Virus record (IMG/VR): IMGVR_UViG_3300023237_000005
DNA length: 64,000 nucleotides
Reading direction: 5' to 3' (one strand)
Origin: an uncultured virus (IMG/VR IMGVR_UViG_3300023237_000005)
Lineage: Duplodnaviria; Heunggongvirae; Uroviricota; Caudoviricetes
The position numbers were made by a program, and so were the translations under genes. Positions 18,774 through 27,399 of this stretch are shown here, piece after piece. Position 1 is the first letter of the stretch. Each line of letters begins with the position of its first letter. Below the pieces are notes generated by a model. It did no database searches and had not been told where the DNA came from. It saw only the letters and a program-made list of their open reading frames with translations.

Positions 18774-19328
18774 ATGAAATTAATTTATCAACCTCAGAGT
18801 TTAATTGACCGCGCATTGGCTCATGCCTTTATAACTAAGGCAGAATCAAAGTCTAAAGATGCAAAAGCCGCAGCTGAAGAGCAAGCAGAGGAAACATCAG
18901 CTAACTGGCCAGAAGGCAATGGATTCGGTTCATCTGATTTCACATACGAACTCAAAGGATTTTTAAATATGATGGGGAAGAAAACTGAATTTAAGAATGG
19001 TCGCCTCGTATTAGTTAAAGAATCTATCAATGAGCTTAAATCATTCGAAGAATTTATCAAAGAATCTTTAACTGAAGATGCCAAACTTGTAAACGAAGGA
19101 CGTGCCAGATTTTGGATCGAGACTTGGTACGATGGTGGAAAAACTCAATTCTTAGGTTCAGACGGAACTGGCTATACAACAAAGATGCCAACAGATAAAG
19201 ATTTTGATCAACGAGAAGTACATATCAGAAGTCTTGTAAAAATCAAACCATTCCTAAAGGGTAGTGTGATATTTAAAGTTACTAATTCTGATGGTAAGGT
19301 TTTAAAAACAAAAGAAGTAACGATATGA
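18774..19328 (+). CDS. Hypothetical late protein with internal capsid-targeting-like motif
   Basis: GATATATA at 18747; INELKSFEEFIKES. Confidence 0.55.
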   Translation: MKLIYQPQSLIDRALAHAFITKAESKSKDAKAAAEEQAEETSANWPEGNGFGSSDFTYELKGFLNMMGKKTEFKNGRLVLVKESINELKSFEEFIKESLTEDAKLVNEGRARFWIETWYDGGKTQFLGSDGTGYTTKMPTDKDFDQREVHIRSLVKIKPFLKGSVIFKVTNSDGKVLKTKEVTI

Positions 19329-19639
19329 TTTCCTTTAATGAATTTATAAACGAAATGGCCGTTTCGTGGGATAATATGAAATTCCAAGTTTCTATCAATG
19401 ACCAAAATGGTATGACTGTTTCATTTATTCCTGATGGTAAAACATTAGATGCTGCATCAAAAGATATCCTGGCTGAACGTATACACGATAGATTAATACA
19501 TTCTATGCCAATCTTAGCACAAGCTTTGGAATATGATTCAAGAGCATCAGGTGCAGGGATCGTATTCAAATTTGATAAGCACAACTACGCAGAAAGTCTA
19601 ACGAGATCACTCAAGTCTAACTATAAAAAGCCAAAGTAA
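19325..19639 (+). CDS. Hypothetical protein with capsid-targeting-like N-terminus
   Basis: Starts MISFNEFINE. Confidence 0.55.
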   Translation: MISFNEFINEMAVSWDNMKFQVSINDQNGMTVSFIPDGKTLDAASKDILAERIHDRLIHSMPILAQALEYDSRASGAGIVFKFDKHNYAESLTRSLKSNYKKPK

Positions 19640-19992
19640 TGAAAAACATACTTCTAATAATAGCATTTACAGTAATTGCGTCTTTCATTTCGACTGATGT
19701 ATTTTCACAAGCACTTCCATGTCCACACTTTATATGTGAATTGGATCCAAATTTAACTACTTACGCCGTAGCAAACACTCCAGGCTCTACGTATTTGTGG
19801 ACCGTAATTGGCGGTCTTATAGCTTCTGGTAACGGTAGTAGCAGTATCGAAGTTGATTGGTCAGCAGTTGTTCCTGGAATTTACGAAGTTGAAATAATTG
19901 AAACAGATGCAAATGGCTGTGATGGTGACCCGGTACTCTGCGATGTTACGATCAACCCAACTCCGATCACAGGTGTAATAACTCATGACTAA
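19639..19992 (+). CDS. Secreted PKD/Ig-like single-domain protein
   Basis: Signal peptide ...VFS|Q; GSTYLWTVIGG.I.SGNGSSSIEVDW; ETDANGC. Confidence 0.75.
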   Translation: MKNILLIIAFTVIASFISTDVFSQALPCPHFICELDPNLTTYAVANTPGSTYLWTVIGGLIASGNGSSSIEVDWSAVVPGIYEVEIIETDANGCDGDPVLCDVTINPTPITGVITHD

Positions 19993-20555
19993 TGTTCAAG
20001 TGGCTAATTGTATTTCTGTTCTTTCCTCTTTGGGCATCTGGCCAATTTTTTCATCAAATACCAGACTGCTATAATGATATAGAACCTGTTCAGTATAACA
20101 TTGAACAAAATCCAGTTTTAGAATATTCTTACGAAATTGTTGGTGGTACAATATTATCAACTGATGAAGGCGGAGTTTTAGTTGACTGGCTTTCAGCCGG
20201 CCAGCTTATCGTAATCAGTACTAGCGATTTAGGATGTGCTTCTAATTCAACATTGATCATGGAATTAATTCCATGCAATGAAACTACATTCTATGTACCT
20301 AACACGTTTACTCCGAATAATGATCTTATAAATGACAGCTTCACCCCTAAAGGTACTAACTACAAGTATTATGAAATGTCGGTTTACAACCGCTGGGGAG
20401 AGCAAGTTTACTTCACTCGTAGCATTATGAATGGATGGGATGGTACATTCAAAGGTAGATTATGTCCTAGTGATGTGTATGTCTATCTAATTGTCTACCT
20501 AGATTACAAGAATTACTATCAACCAATTAGTGGCAAGTTAATCCTTATGAGGTAA
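19992..20555 (+). CDS. Secreted protein with T9SS type-B (gliding motility-associated, CHU_C) C-terminal sorting domain
   Basis: Signal peptide ...ASG|Q; YVPNTFTPNNDLINDSF, VYNRWGEQVY, GWDGTFKG, DVYVY, GKLILMR. Confidence 0.9.
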   Translation: MFKWLIVFLFFPLWASGQFFHQIPDCYNDIEPVQYNIEQNPVLEYSYEIVGGTILSTDEGGVLVDWLSAGQLIVISTSDLGCASNSTLIMELIPCNETTFYVPNTFTPNNDLINDSFTPKGTNYKYYEMSVYNRWGEQVYFTRSIMNGWDGTFKGRLCPSDVYVYLIVYLDYKNYYQPISGKLILMR

Positions 20556-20596
20556 ACAAAGTACCCAACTTTCCATATAAAACAAAAACTACTTAT

Positions 20597-21550
20597 ATGG
20601 CAGGTAAACAATACTCCTTCACCGAATTGAATAAAGAGATGAACAAAATCTCTGAATATGGTGATACAATGGATAAGTCAACTATTTCAGAAATTGACCA
20701 CTACATCCCAACAGGCAATTATATGTTAAATATGTGTTTGACTGGATCCTTATTTAAAGGCTATCCAAACAACAGAGCCGTGGCTCTCGCTGGCATTTCA
20801 GGAGCTGGCAAAACCTTTTTGACACTTAATGGTGTTAGAGAAGCACAGCAAATGGGTTACAGTGTAGTATATTATGACTCAGAAAACGCAGTAGATAGGA
20901 CCCTTGTTGAAAAGTTTGGAATTGACACAAAGTTATTCAGATACGAACCGTGTAATACTGTTCAGGAATTTAGAACTTCTGTAACTGCTATTACTGATGT
21001 TCTAATTGAACAGAAGAATAAGGGCATTGAACTACCAAAGATCATGATTATTTTAGATTCAGCTGGTAACTTAGCAACCCAGAAAGAAATTGATGATGCT
21101 AAATCCGGAAGTAATAAAGCAGATATGACAAGAGCAAAGCTTCTGAAATCAACATTTAGAATTCTAATGACCAAACTCGGAATTTGTAAGATTCCTCTCA
21201 TATTCACAAATCATACTTATATGACTACTGATTTATTTGCTAAGCAGGTCGGAGGAGGAGGCTGTCTTGTTCCTGGGTCTCTAGTTCTAATGGCAGATGA
21301 CACATATTCAAAAATAGAGAATATCAACGATGGTGATTTAGTTAAGACATTATCTGGAGATAAGAAAATTGAAAAGACATGGACCTTTGATAAACCTACT
21401 TTTAATGTAGAATTTGAAGATGGTAGTGAACTTACATGTTCAGAAGATCACAGATTCTTTATTGGCAATGCTGATGATGATCCGTTGGATGATAACAACT
21501 GGGTTTTTGTAAAAGATCTAAACAAAGGTTCAGAAATATCTCAATATTGA
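20597..21550 (+). CDS. uvsX: UvsX/RecA recombinase N-part fused to split-intein N-half (IntN 21263-21547, 95 aa)
   Basis: Walker A GISGAGKT, YDSE, ILDS, DMTRAK, TNHTY, then GGGG|CLVPGS...CSEDHRF. Confidence 0.92.
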   Translation: MAGKQYSFTELNKEMNKISEYGDTMDKSTISEIDHYIPTGNYMLNMCLTGSLFKGYPNNRAVALAGISGAGKTFLTLNGVREAQQMGYSVVYYDSENAVDRTLVEKFGIDTKLFRYEPCNTVQEFRTSVTAITDVLIEQKNKGIELPKIMIILDSAGNLATQKEIDDAKSGSNKADMTRAKLLKSTFRILMTKLGICKIPLIFTNHTYMTTDLFAKQVGGGGCLVPGSLVLMADDTYSKIENINDGDLVKTLSGDKKIEKTWTFDKPTFNVEFEDGSELTCSEDHRFFIGNADDDPLDDNNWVFVKDLNKGSEISQY

Positions 21551-21560
21551 GAGGTTAGTA

Positions 21561-21578
21561 GTGGAGGGATCCCTCCAC
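21561..21578. repeat. Perfect GC-rich palindrome
   Basis: GTGGAGGGATCCCTCCAC between the IntN stop and the late box GATATATA at 21583. Confidence 0.8.
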
Positions 21579-21606
21579 CACCGATATATAATCTAAACAT
21601 CTTAAT

Positions 21607-22611
21607 ATGAGTCATTCTTCCTCACGACATATAAATTCTACACGTACTATAAAAGAGTTTAAAATTGTTTTACATGAATGTTTTAAAAACGTTAACTTAC
21701 AGAATTCTGCTTTTATTGAGGATTTATTTTTATATATGTCTAAACTACAAATTAAAGGTCATGTTCATTTTATAGATACATGTTCTGCTTATTTTAAAAC
21801 TAGACGAAATGGGAAGGGTGTATCTAAAATATCTAAAGACTATTGGTTATCTATGGGATGGTCTCTCGATGAAGCAATTAGATTTGTATCTGATCTTCAG
21901 AAGAAACGATCGCACTTTAATATAGATTATTGGTTAAACAAGGGGCTTACTCTCGAAAGGGCTAAATTAGAAGTCAATCGAGTACAATCATATAATTCTA
22001 ATAAGAGATATGAAAAATATACAAAGGCAGAGATATCCGAGCAGTCGGTATGGTCTAAGAAGCATTGGCTAAATAAAGGTTTATCAGAAAAAGAAGCGGA
22101 TTATGAAGTGAGTAAACGCAACTATAGCAAACGAGAATTTTGGAGTAGTGATTCTGAGTACGAAGAAATAAAAAAAATCATAGGCAAAAAAACTTCAGAC
22201 TTTATAAAAGAAAATCCAGAATTATATAGCTCTTTTTTTGGATCGGTTTCAAAGGAAGAGATAGAATTTTTTAAATACACCAAGTTAAAAATTCCAGGCA
22301 TATTGCATAAACAGTTCATAGTTAATGTAAAAAAATCAAAAGAGTTAAATCCGGGTATTGTCAAATACGATGGGTATATTAAGACCAGCCTTGGTATAAT
22401 ATTGATTGAATACGATGGCTTATATTGGCATAACCAAACCTATGATGAAATAAAAGACTCTGTTACGCTTGGCATACGAGATGATATTCTAGGAATACTA
22501 CGAATCTCATGCAAACAATACAAAACTAATAAGAAAAACATTATAAAATTAATTAATCATGGAATTGAAAAAATTAAAAGTAAAGAAAGTAACAGAATTA
22601 AAATCTACTAA
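21607..22611 (+). mobile_element. Free-standing homing endonuclease (Vsr/DUF559-like) between the split-intein halves
   Basis: Repeated (Y/H)WLxxGxS/TxxEA helices; C-terminal KYDGY...IEYDGLYWH...ILRIS. Confidence 0.8.
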
Positions 22612-23227
22612 AGTACACGATTTAACTGTAGCAGATGTTCAGCATTATATAACTAACAACGGAGTAATACATCATAACTCTGGACCTGAGTATGCAGCAT
22701 CTATTATATTATTTCTAGGTAAAGCTAAATTGAAAGATAAAGCTGAAGGCGATGGTAAAGAACAAACTGGAATTATAGTTGCAGCTCGACCTAATAAGAA
22801 TAGATTTGCAAAACCAAAAACAGTAAAATTCCACATTTCCTTTAACAAGGGTATGAATCCTTATGTAGGGTTAGAAGAGTATATCAACTGGGAGAACTGT
22901 AAAATTGGAAGAGGTAAATTTCTAACTCCCAATGACTACAAAAAACTTACTGAAGCAGGAAAAGAAGAATGTATAGAACATATTTATACTGAAGATAGTA
23001 CATCAAAGACATTATATTTCCAGGCTAAAGAAACATCCCGTCAAATATGCGTAGCTCATTTGAATTGCATGGTTCCTACTAACGAATTGTTCACGTCTAG
23101 GGTTATAACTCGAGATGTTTTAGAATTGCTAGAACCGATTATTGCAAAAGATTTTAATTATGGGACAGACGAACTTAGCCAAGAGGACTTCAGTGATATG
23201 TTAGAAGATGGTGTCGAAACAGATTAA
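22559..23227 (+). CDS. uvsX: Split-intein C-half (40 aa, 22559-22678) fused to UvsX C-part
   Basis: MELKKLKVKKV...VHDLTV...GVIHHN|SGPEYAASIILFL, KNRFAKP, GMNPYVGL. Confidence 0.92.
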   Translation: MELKKLKVKKVTELKSTKVHDLTVADVQHYITNNGVIHHNSGPEYAASIILFLGKAKLKDKAEGDGKEQTGIIVAARPNKNRFAKPKTVKFHISFNKGMNPYVGLEEYINWENCKIGRGKFLTPNDYKKLTEAGKEECIEHIYTEDSTSKTLYFQAKETSRQICVAHLNCMVPTNELFTSRVITRDVLELLEPIIAKDFNYGTDELSQEDFSDMLEDGVETD

Positions 23228-23513
23228 CAAAGACAAGCTAAAAGTAAAATACGTCATTGGTAGTTATGCAGTACTACCAAAGTACCCAGACGCTGGTGAC
23301 GTATTCTATGAATTTTTTACGAACTATTGCTCGCGTAAAGGCGATAGGCGTATTAAGTTCACAACCTCTTCTATTGAGAAAAAATATCCAACGATGTCCA
23401 AAGAACGAATGGAGCACATTATCGAATATTTGGTTATGCATGAACTGATAGAAGAGGTTAGTCAAGCAGCAGCTTATACTACGTACAAGATTATAAAAAA
23501 TCCTTACGAGTAA
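23208..23513 (+). CDS. Hypothetical protein, possible winged helix
   Basis: ORF overlapping the uvsX end; helix-helix-beta-hairpin pattern. Confidence 0.5.
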   Translation: MVSKQINKDKLKVKYVIGSYAVLPKYPDAGDVFYEFFTNYCSRKGDRRIKFTTSSIEKKYPTMSKERMEHIIEYLVMHELIEEVSQAAAYTTYKIIKNPYE

Positions 23514-23550
23514 ACATTTACACTTATTAATGTATAACTATTAAAAATAT

Positions 23551-24837
23551 ATGAACACACCAGTAGATCACGAAAAAGCATTCTTTAATTTCTTTTTAGC
23601 TAAACCTTCTTATCTTAGGTCACTTAATAAGAATTTCTTTGCTAATCCTGACATTGATGTTTTAGCTCAGGTCGCAAAGGAATTTTACATTAAGTATAGT
23701 GAAGCACCGTCCGTGGACCAGATGAAAGCTCTAACTAAAGATTTAAGACAAGAAATTTCAGATGATATTACTAATTCTATCTACAGTATTAACATTGCGG
23801 AGTATGAAAAGGAATGGTTAAAGAGAACTGCAGAGGCATGGATCAAATGGAGACACTTTGATAAGAAACTAATTAAGACTATCGAATTTGTAAAAACTCA
23901 AAATGTATCACCTGAAAACGTGGAAGATGTTGTAAACAGAGCCATCACTATGATAGCAGATGAAGCTTCTATAAATTTTGATGCAGATTTAGGAATAGAC
24001 TTCTTTAATGCAGATAGCCACCGCCAAAGGAAAACTAAAAAGATAGAGACTGGGTGGTCATTTGTAGATAGAATTTCAAACGGTGGTTATGATCCAAAAA
24101 CCCTAATAATTTACGCCGGGGAGCAAGGGGTTGGGAAAAGCATTTGGCTTGCTAACGACGCTGCTAACTTTGTACGCATGGGACATAATGTAGTATTCAT
24201 TACTGCAGAAATGTCTCAAGAGAAAGTATTAAAAAGAATTGGTTCTAATCTTTTAAACATTCCAATGAGTGAATATGATGAAAAGTCAGCCAACCGAGAT
24301 CTAATTAAACGGAGACTTGATATTGTCTCAAGAGGTATACTTCCACCTGGAAGATTATTCATTAAGGAATATCCTACAAGTAATGCATCAGTATTAGATA
24401 TAGAAGCATACTTGAAAACATTAGAAGAAACTCAAGATCATAAAGTAAATGTACTTATTGTTGATTATATTAACATCCTAGCTAATTATAGAAATCCAAA
24501 CACTGAGAATACATACATGAAGATCAAGCAAATCGCAGAAGATCTACGTGCACTCGCAGTAAAGCGCAATCTATTAATTATCTCAGGGACGCAGCTAAAT
24601 CGTGGGGCTTGGGATTCTACAGAAATTAAGATGGAGAATATCGCAGAGTCAGCAGGCTTGGCACACACCGCAGATGTAATGTATGCACTTATACAAGATG
24701 CAAGTATGCATGTCAATAGAGAATATTGGCTTAAAGTATTAAAGATAAGAGATGGACACGGAAAGGGTTCAAGATGCAGATTTAATATTGATTACGAACA
24801 TATGAGATTAACCGAAACTGAAGATATAACACACTAA
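23551..24837 (+). CDS. gp41: Replicative DNA helicase (DnaB/gp41-like)
   Basis: GEQGVGKS, ITAEMS, IVDYINIL, AEDLRALA, TQLNR, IAESAGL, KIRDG. Confidence 0.93.
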   Translation: MNTPVDHEKAFFNFFLAKPSYLRSLNKNFFANPDIDVLAQVAKEFYIKYSEAPSVDQMKALTKDLRQEISDDITNSIYSINIAEYEKEWLKRTAEAWIKWRHFDKKLIKTIEFVKTQNVSPENVEDVVNRAITMIADEASINFDADLGIDFFNADSHRQRKTKKIETGWSFVDRISNGGYDPKTLIIYAGEQGVGKSIWLANDAANFVRMGHNVVFITAEMSQEKVLKRIGSNLLNIPMSEYDEKSANRDLIKRRLDIVSRGILPPGRLFIKEYPTSNASVLDIEAYLKTLEETQDHKVNVLIVDYINILANYRNPNTENTYMKIKQIAEDLRALAVKRNLLIISGTQLNRGAWDSTEIKMENIAESAGLAHTADVMYALIQDASMHVNREYWLKVLKIRDGHGKGSRCRFNIDYEHMRLTETEDITH

Positions 24838-24842
24838 TCATA

Positions 24843-25277
24843 ATGGCAATAGACAAAATATTTAATAACACCTATGGCGAACAAGAGTTCGATAACAGTA
24901 CGATGTCATTTAAGGTAGAAGCTTCATACGAAGATACTACTGATCCAGAAGATAAAATACATTATGAGATATTAATGGATCAGGTTGACTCCTTAATTAA
25001 AAAGAGCGAGTTTAAAAATCTAAGTAAAGTAACACATGCTGGTGTAACTAAGAAATTGAATAAAGTTCAGATTAACCAAGTCTTCTTCTTTATTATTAGT
25101 AAGATCGGTAAAAATTATAAACGAGTTGAGTTATTCGGTGCACTATCAGATTACTTCGATGTATTTCCGAATAAGTTCTACAGTTCACTCTCAAACAAAT
25201 TTAAGGATGAACTGATCCAAGAATTAGATTCTAAGTATGACATTATCGCAAAGAAAAATATAAGAAAATTGTTCTAA
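24843..25277 (+). CDS. Hypothetical protein
   Basis: Clean ORF coupled to the helicase gene. Confidence 0.6.
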   Translation: MAIDKIFNNTYGEQEFDNSTMSFKVEASYEDTTDPEDKIHYEILMDQVDSLIKKSEFKNLSKVTHAGVTKKLNKVQINQVFFFIISKIGKNYKRVELFGALSDYFDVFPNKFYSSLSNKFKDELIQELDSKYDIIAKKNIRKLF

Positions 25278-25278
25278 G

Positions 25279-25380
25279 ATGGCTAAGCGCATATGGATGG
25301 TCTCGGATTCGCATTTATTTCATAATGTATCAATATATACATTATGGGATATACATTTAAGGATATTAGGAACATTATAA
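25279..25380 (+). pseudogene. Orphaned 5' end of gp47 (MAKRIWMVSDSHL...)
   Basis: The first 13 codons duplicate the Mre11 motif I of the downstream gp47 (KRIWLLSDTHL). Confidence 0.75.
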
Positions 25381-26306
25381 TTAAATCTAACGGTAGACCA
25401 TATTCTTTAAATTCTAAAGTATATACTGACATTGTTAAGACTTGGATTTTAGAAAATATAATTGGAAACTCTACTATAAACGGTAAACTTTGGTGTATTG
25501 CACATCATTTAGAATACGTTCCAACATGTGCAAATGTTAAATGTAATAAGTACACTAGGTATCATAATAAATTTAAAGAGGGTTTTAGAAAATTTTGTGG
25601 AGATCCAAGCTGCAGTGCTAATCATAAAGAAACGAAAGAAAAATATAAGAAAACTTCATTGAAAAACTGGGGTACTGAAAATCCATTAGAAAATAAAGAT
25701 TTCCGGGAAAGATGCAAGTCTATAGTAGAAGCAAAATACGGTAGTAAGTATGCAATGCAATCTAAAGCATGTAAAGAAAAATATAAGAAAACTTCATTGA
25801 AAAACTGGGGTGCTGAAAATCCACTACAGAATAATGAAATTAGAAAGCACTGTAGAAATACATTGCTTAAAAATTATGGAGTCGATGTTCCAGCCAAAAA
25901 TATTCATATCATGAAAAAAATTATGAATAGTAGGAAAATTAGAACCATAGCGTTTAAAAATAGTGGCATATATTATCAAGGATCTTACGAATTGCATTTT
26001 TTAGAATTAATGGAACAGCATAATATGTTAGCATTAGTAAGTAATGGTTTGAGTTTTAAATACGATTATTTAGATAAGGTAGATAGACTCTATGTTTCAG
26101 ATTTTTTCATCAGTAATTTGAATGAAGTGATAGAAATAAAGTCTAAGTGGACATACAATAGAAGGGGATCTGATATGGTTTTAGAAAATCAAAATTTAGC
26201 AAAAATGGCAACTGTAATTAATGAAGGTAGGAATTTTAAGTTTCTAATTGGTAAGGTTAAAATTGAAGAGTATGTAATATCCTTAAATGTACATTATGCA
26301 AAGTAA
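25344..26306 (+). mobile_element. Free-standing putative homing endonuclease (Cys-rich N-terminus, K..SLKNWG.ENP repeats, PD-(D/E)XK C-terminus)
   Basis: YQGSYE..F, YVSDFF, IEIKSKWT; own late box AATATATA at 25332. Confidence 0.75.
25635..25823 (+). repeat. 51-bp direct repeat (25635-25685 and 25773-25823, one mismatch)
   Basis: AAAGAAAAATATAAGAAAACTTCATTGAAAAACTGGGGT(A/G)CTGAAAATCCA twice, 138 bp apart. Confidence 0.9.
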
Positions 26307-27396
26307 AGATACAAAACGAATTTGGCTTTTAAGTGATACTCATTTAGGCTGTAGATCAAATTCAGTACTATGGTTAGGCATAATTGAAGATTACTTCTTT
26401 AATTTTTTTATACCGTTAGTTAAAGAGGAATACAAAGATGGTGATGTATTATTTCACCTAGGTGATGTTTTTGATAATCGTCAAAGTATTAACCTAGCAG
26501 CACAAGATTTGGGCATACGAGTATTTGAAGAATTGTCAAAGATATTCCCAGAGATACGAGTTATAGTTGGCAATCACGACATTATGAAAAAGAATAGCAA
26601 CGACATTACGTCTGTTGACTGCTTAAAGTATATTCCGAATGTGAAGGTTCATAAAGAACCACATATCGAAAGATATGGCGATGTTAAATGTTTGCTGATG
26701 CCTTGGCGTAGAGATTCTGCACATGAGGCAGAATCATTAGCAGAAATTGATGAGGAGATAGACTATATGTTCTGTCATACAGAAACTCAAGGTGTTCAAG
26801 TTAGTCCTAGCACTAGGCATCTTCACGAAGGTGGTAATGATGTTCATATCTTCTCAAGATTTAAAAGAGTCTATAGTGGACATATTCATTATCGTCAGGA
26901 GAAAGAGAATTTCATTTTAGTTGGTAATCCATATCAGATGACACGTTCTGATAGAGGTAATAGAAAAGGAATCTATCTATTAGATCTTGAAAGTGGTGAT
27001 CATACATTTTATGAAAATGATTACTCTCCAGAATTTGAAAGGTATTATATGCCAGATATTATGGAACGTACGATGGGTGAATTAGCAATAGAAATCAAAA
27101 ACAATTTTGTAGATCTATTTATACCTTCAAATATTCTAGGTAAGTATGACATTAATGCTTTCATGGATCATTTGGATGGACTTGCTCACCAACTTGAACC
27201 AAGAGTATACGATGAAGAAAGTATGGCTCAAATTGAAGACGGGAGCATATCAGACTTTAAAGGTGAAATAGATTTGATGCAGATAGCAGAGGTTTATATT
27301 GATGGAATGAACATAGAAGAGGATCTGAAGCAGAAATTAGTTAAGTCTGTGATATTACTATATAAAGAAACATTAGCACCCTCACACGAAAATTAA
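26287..27396 (+). CDS. gp47: Recombination endonuclease subunit (Mre11/SbcD)
   Basis: SDTHLG, LGDVFD, GNHD, SGHIH metallophosphoesterase motifs. Confidence 0.93.
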   Translation: MYIMQSKDTKRIWLLSDTHLGCRSNSVLWLGIIEDYFFNFFIPLVKEEYKDGDVLFHLGDVFDNRQSINLAAQDLGIRVFEELSKIFPEIRVIVGNHDIMKKNSNDITSVDCLKYIPNVKVHKEPHIERYGDVKCLLMPWRRDSAHEAESLAEIDEEIDYMFCHTETQGVQVSPSTRHLHEGGNDVHIFSRFKRVYSGHIHYRQEKENFILVGNPYQMTRSDRGNRKGIYLLDLESGDHTFYENDYSPEFERYYMPDIMERTMGELAIEIKNNFVDLFIPSNILGKYDINAFMDHLDGLAHQLEPRVYDEESMAQIEDGSISDFKGEIDLMQIAEVYIDGMNIEEDLKQKLVKSVILLYKETLAPSHEN

Positions 27397-27399
27397 GAC

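Noticed and set aside
21551..22558. Group I intron explanation for the interrupted uvsX and gp44 genes
   Set aside because: Flanks encode clear intein halves and the non-coding gaps are under 60 nt, too short for a ribozyme core
25635..25823. Direct repeats as a possible CRISPR array
   Set aside because: Only two copies, in frame, encoding a protein repeat; no array or cas gene seen in the window
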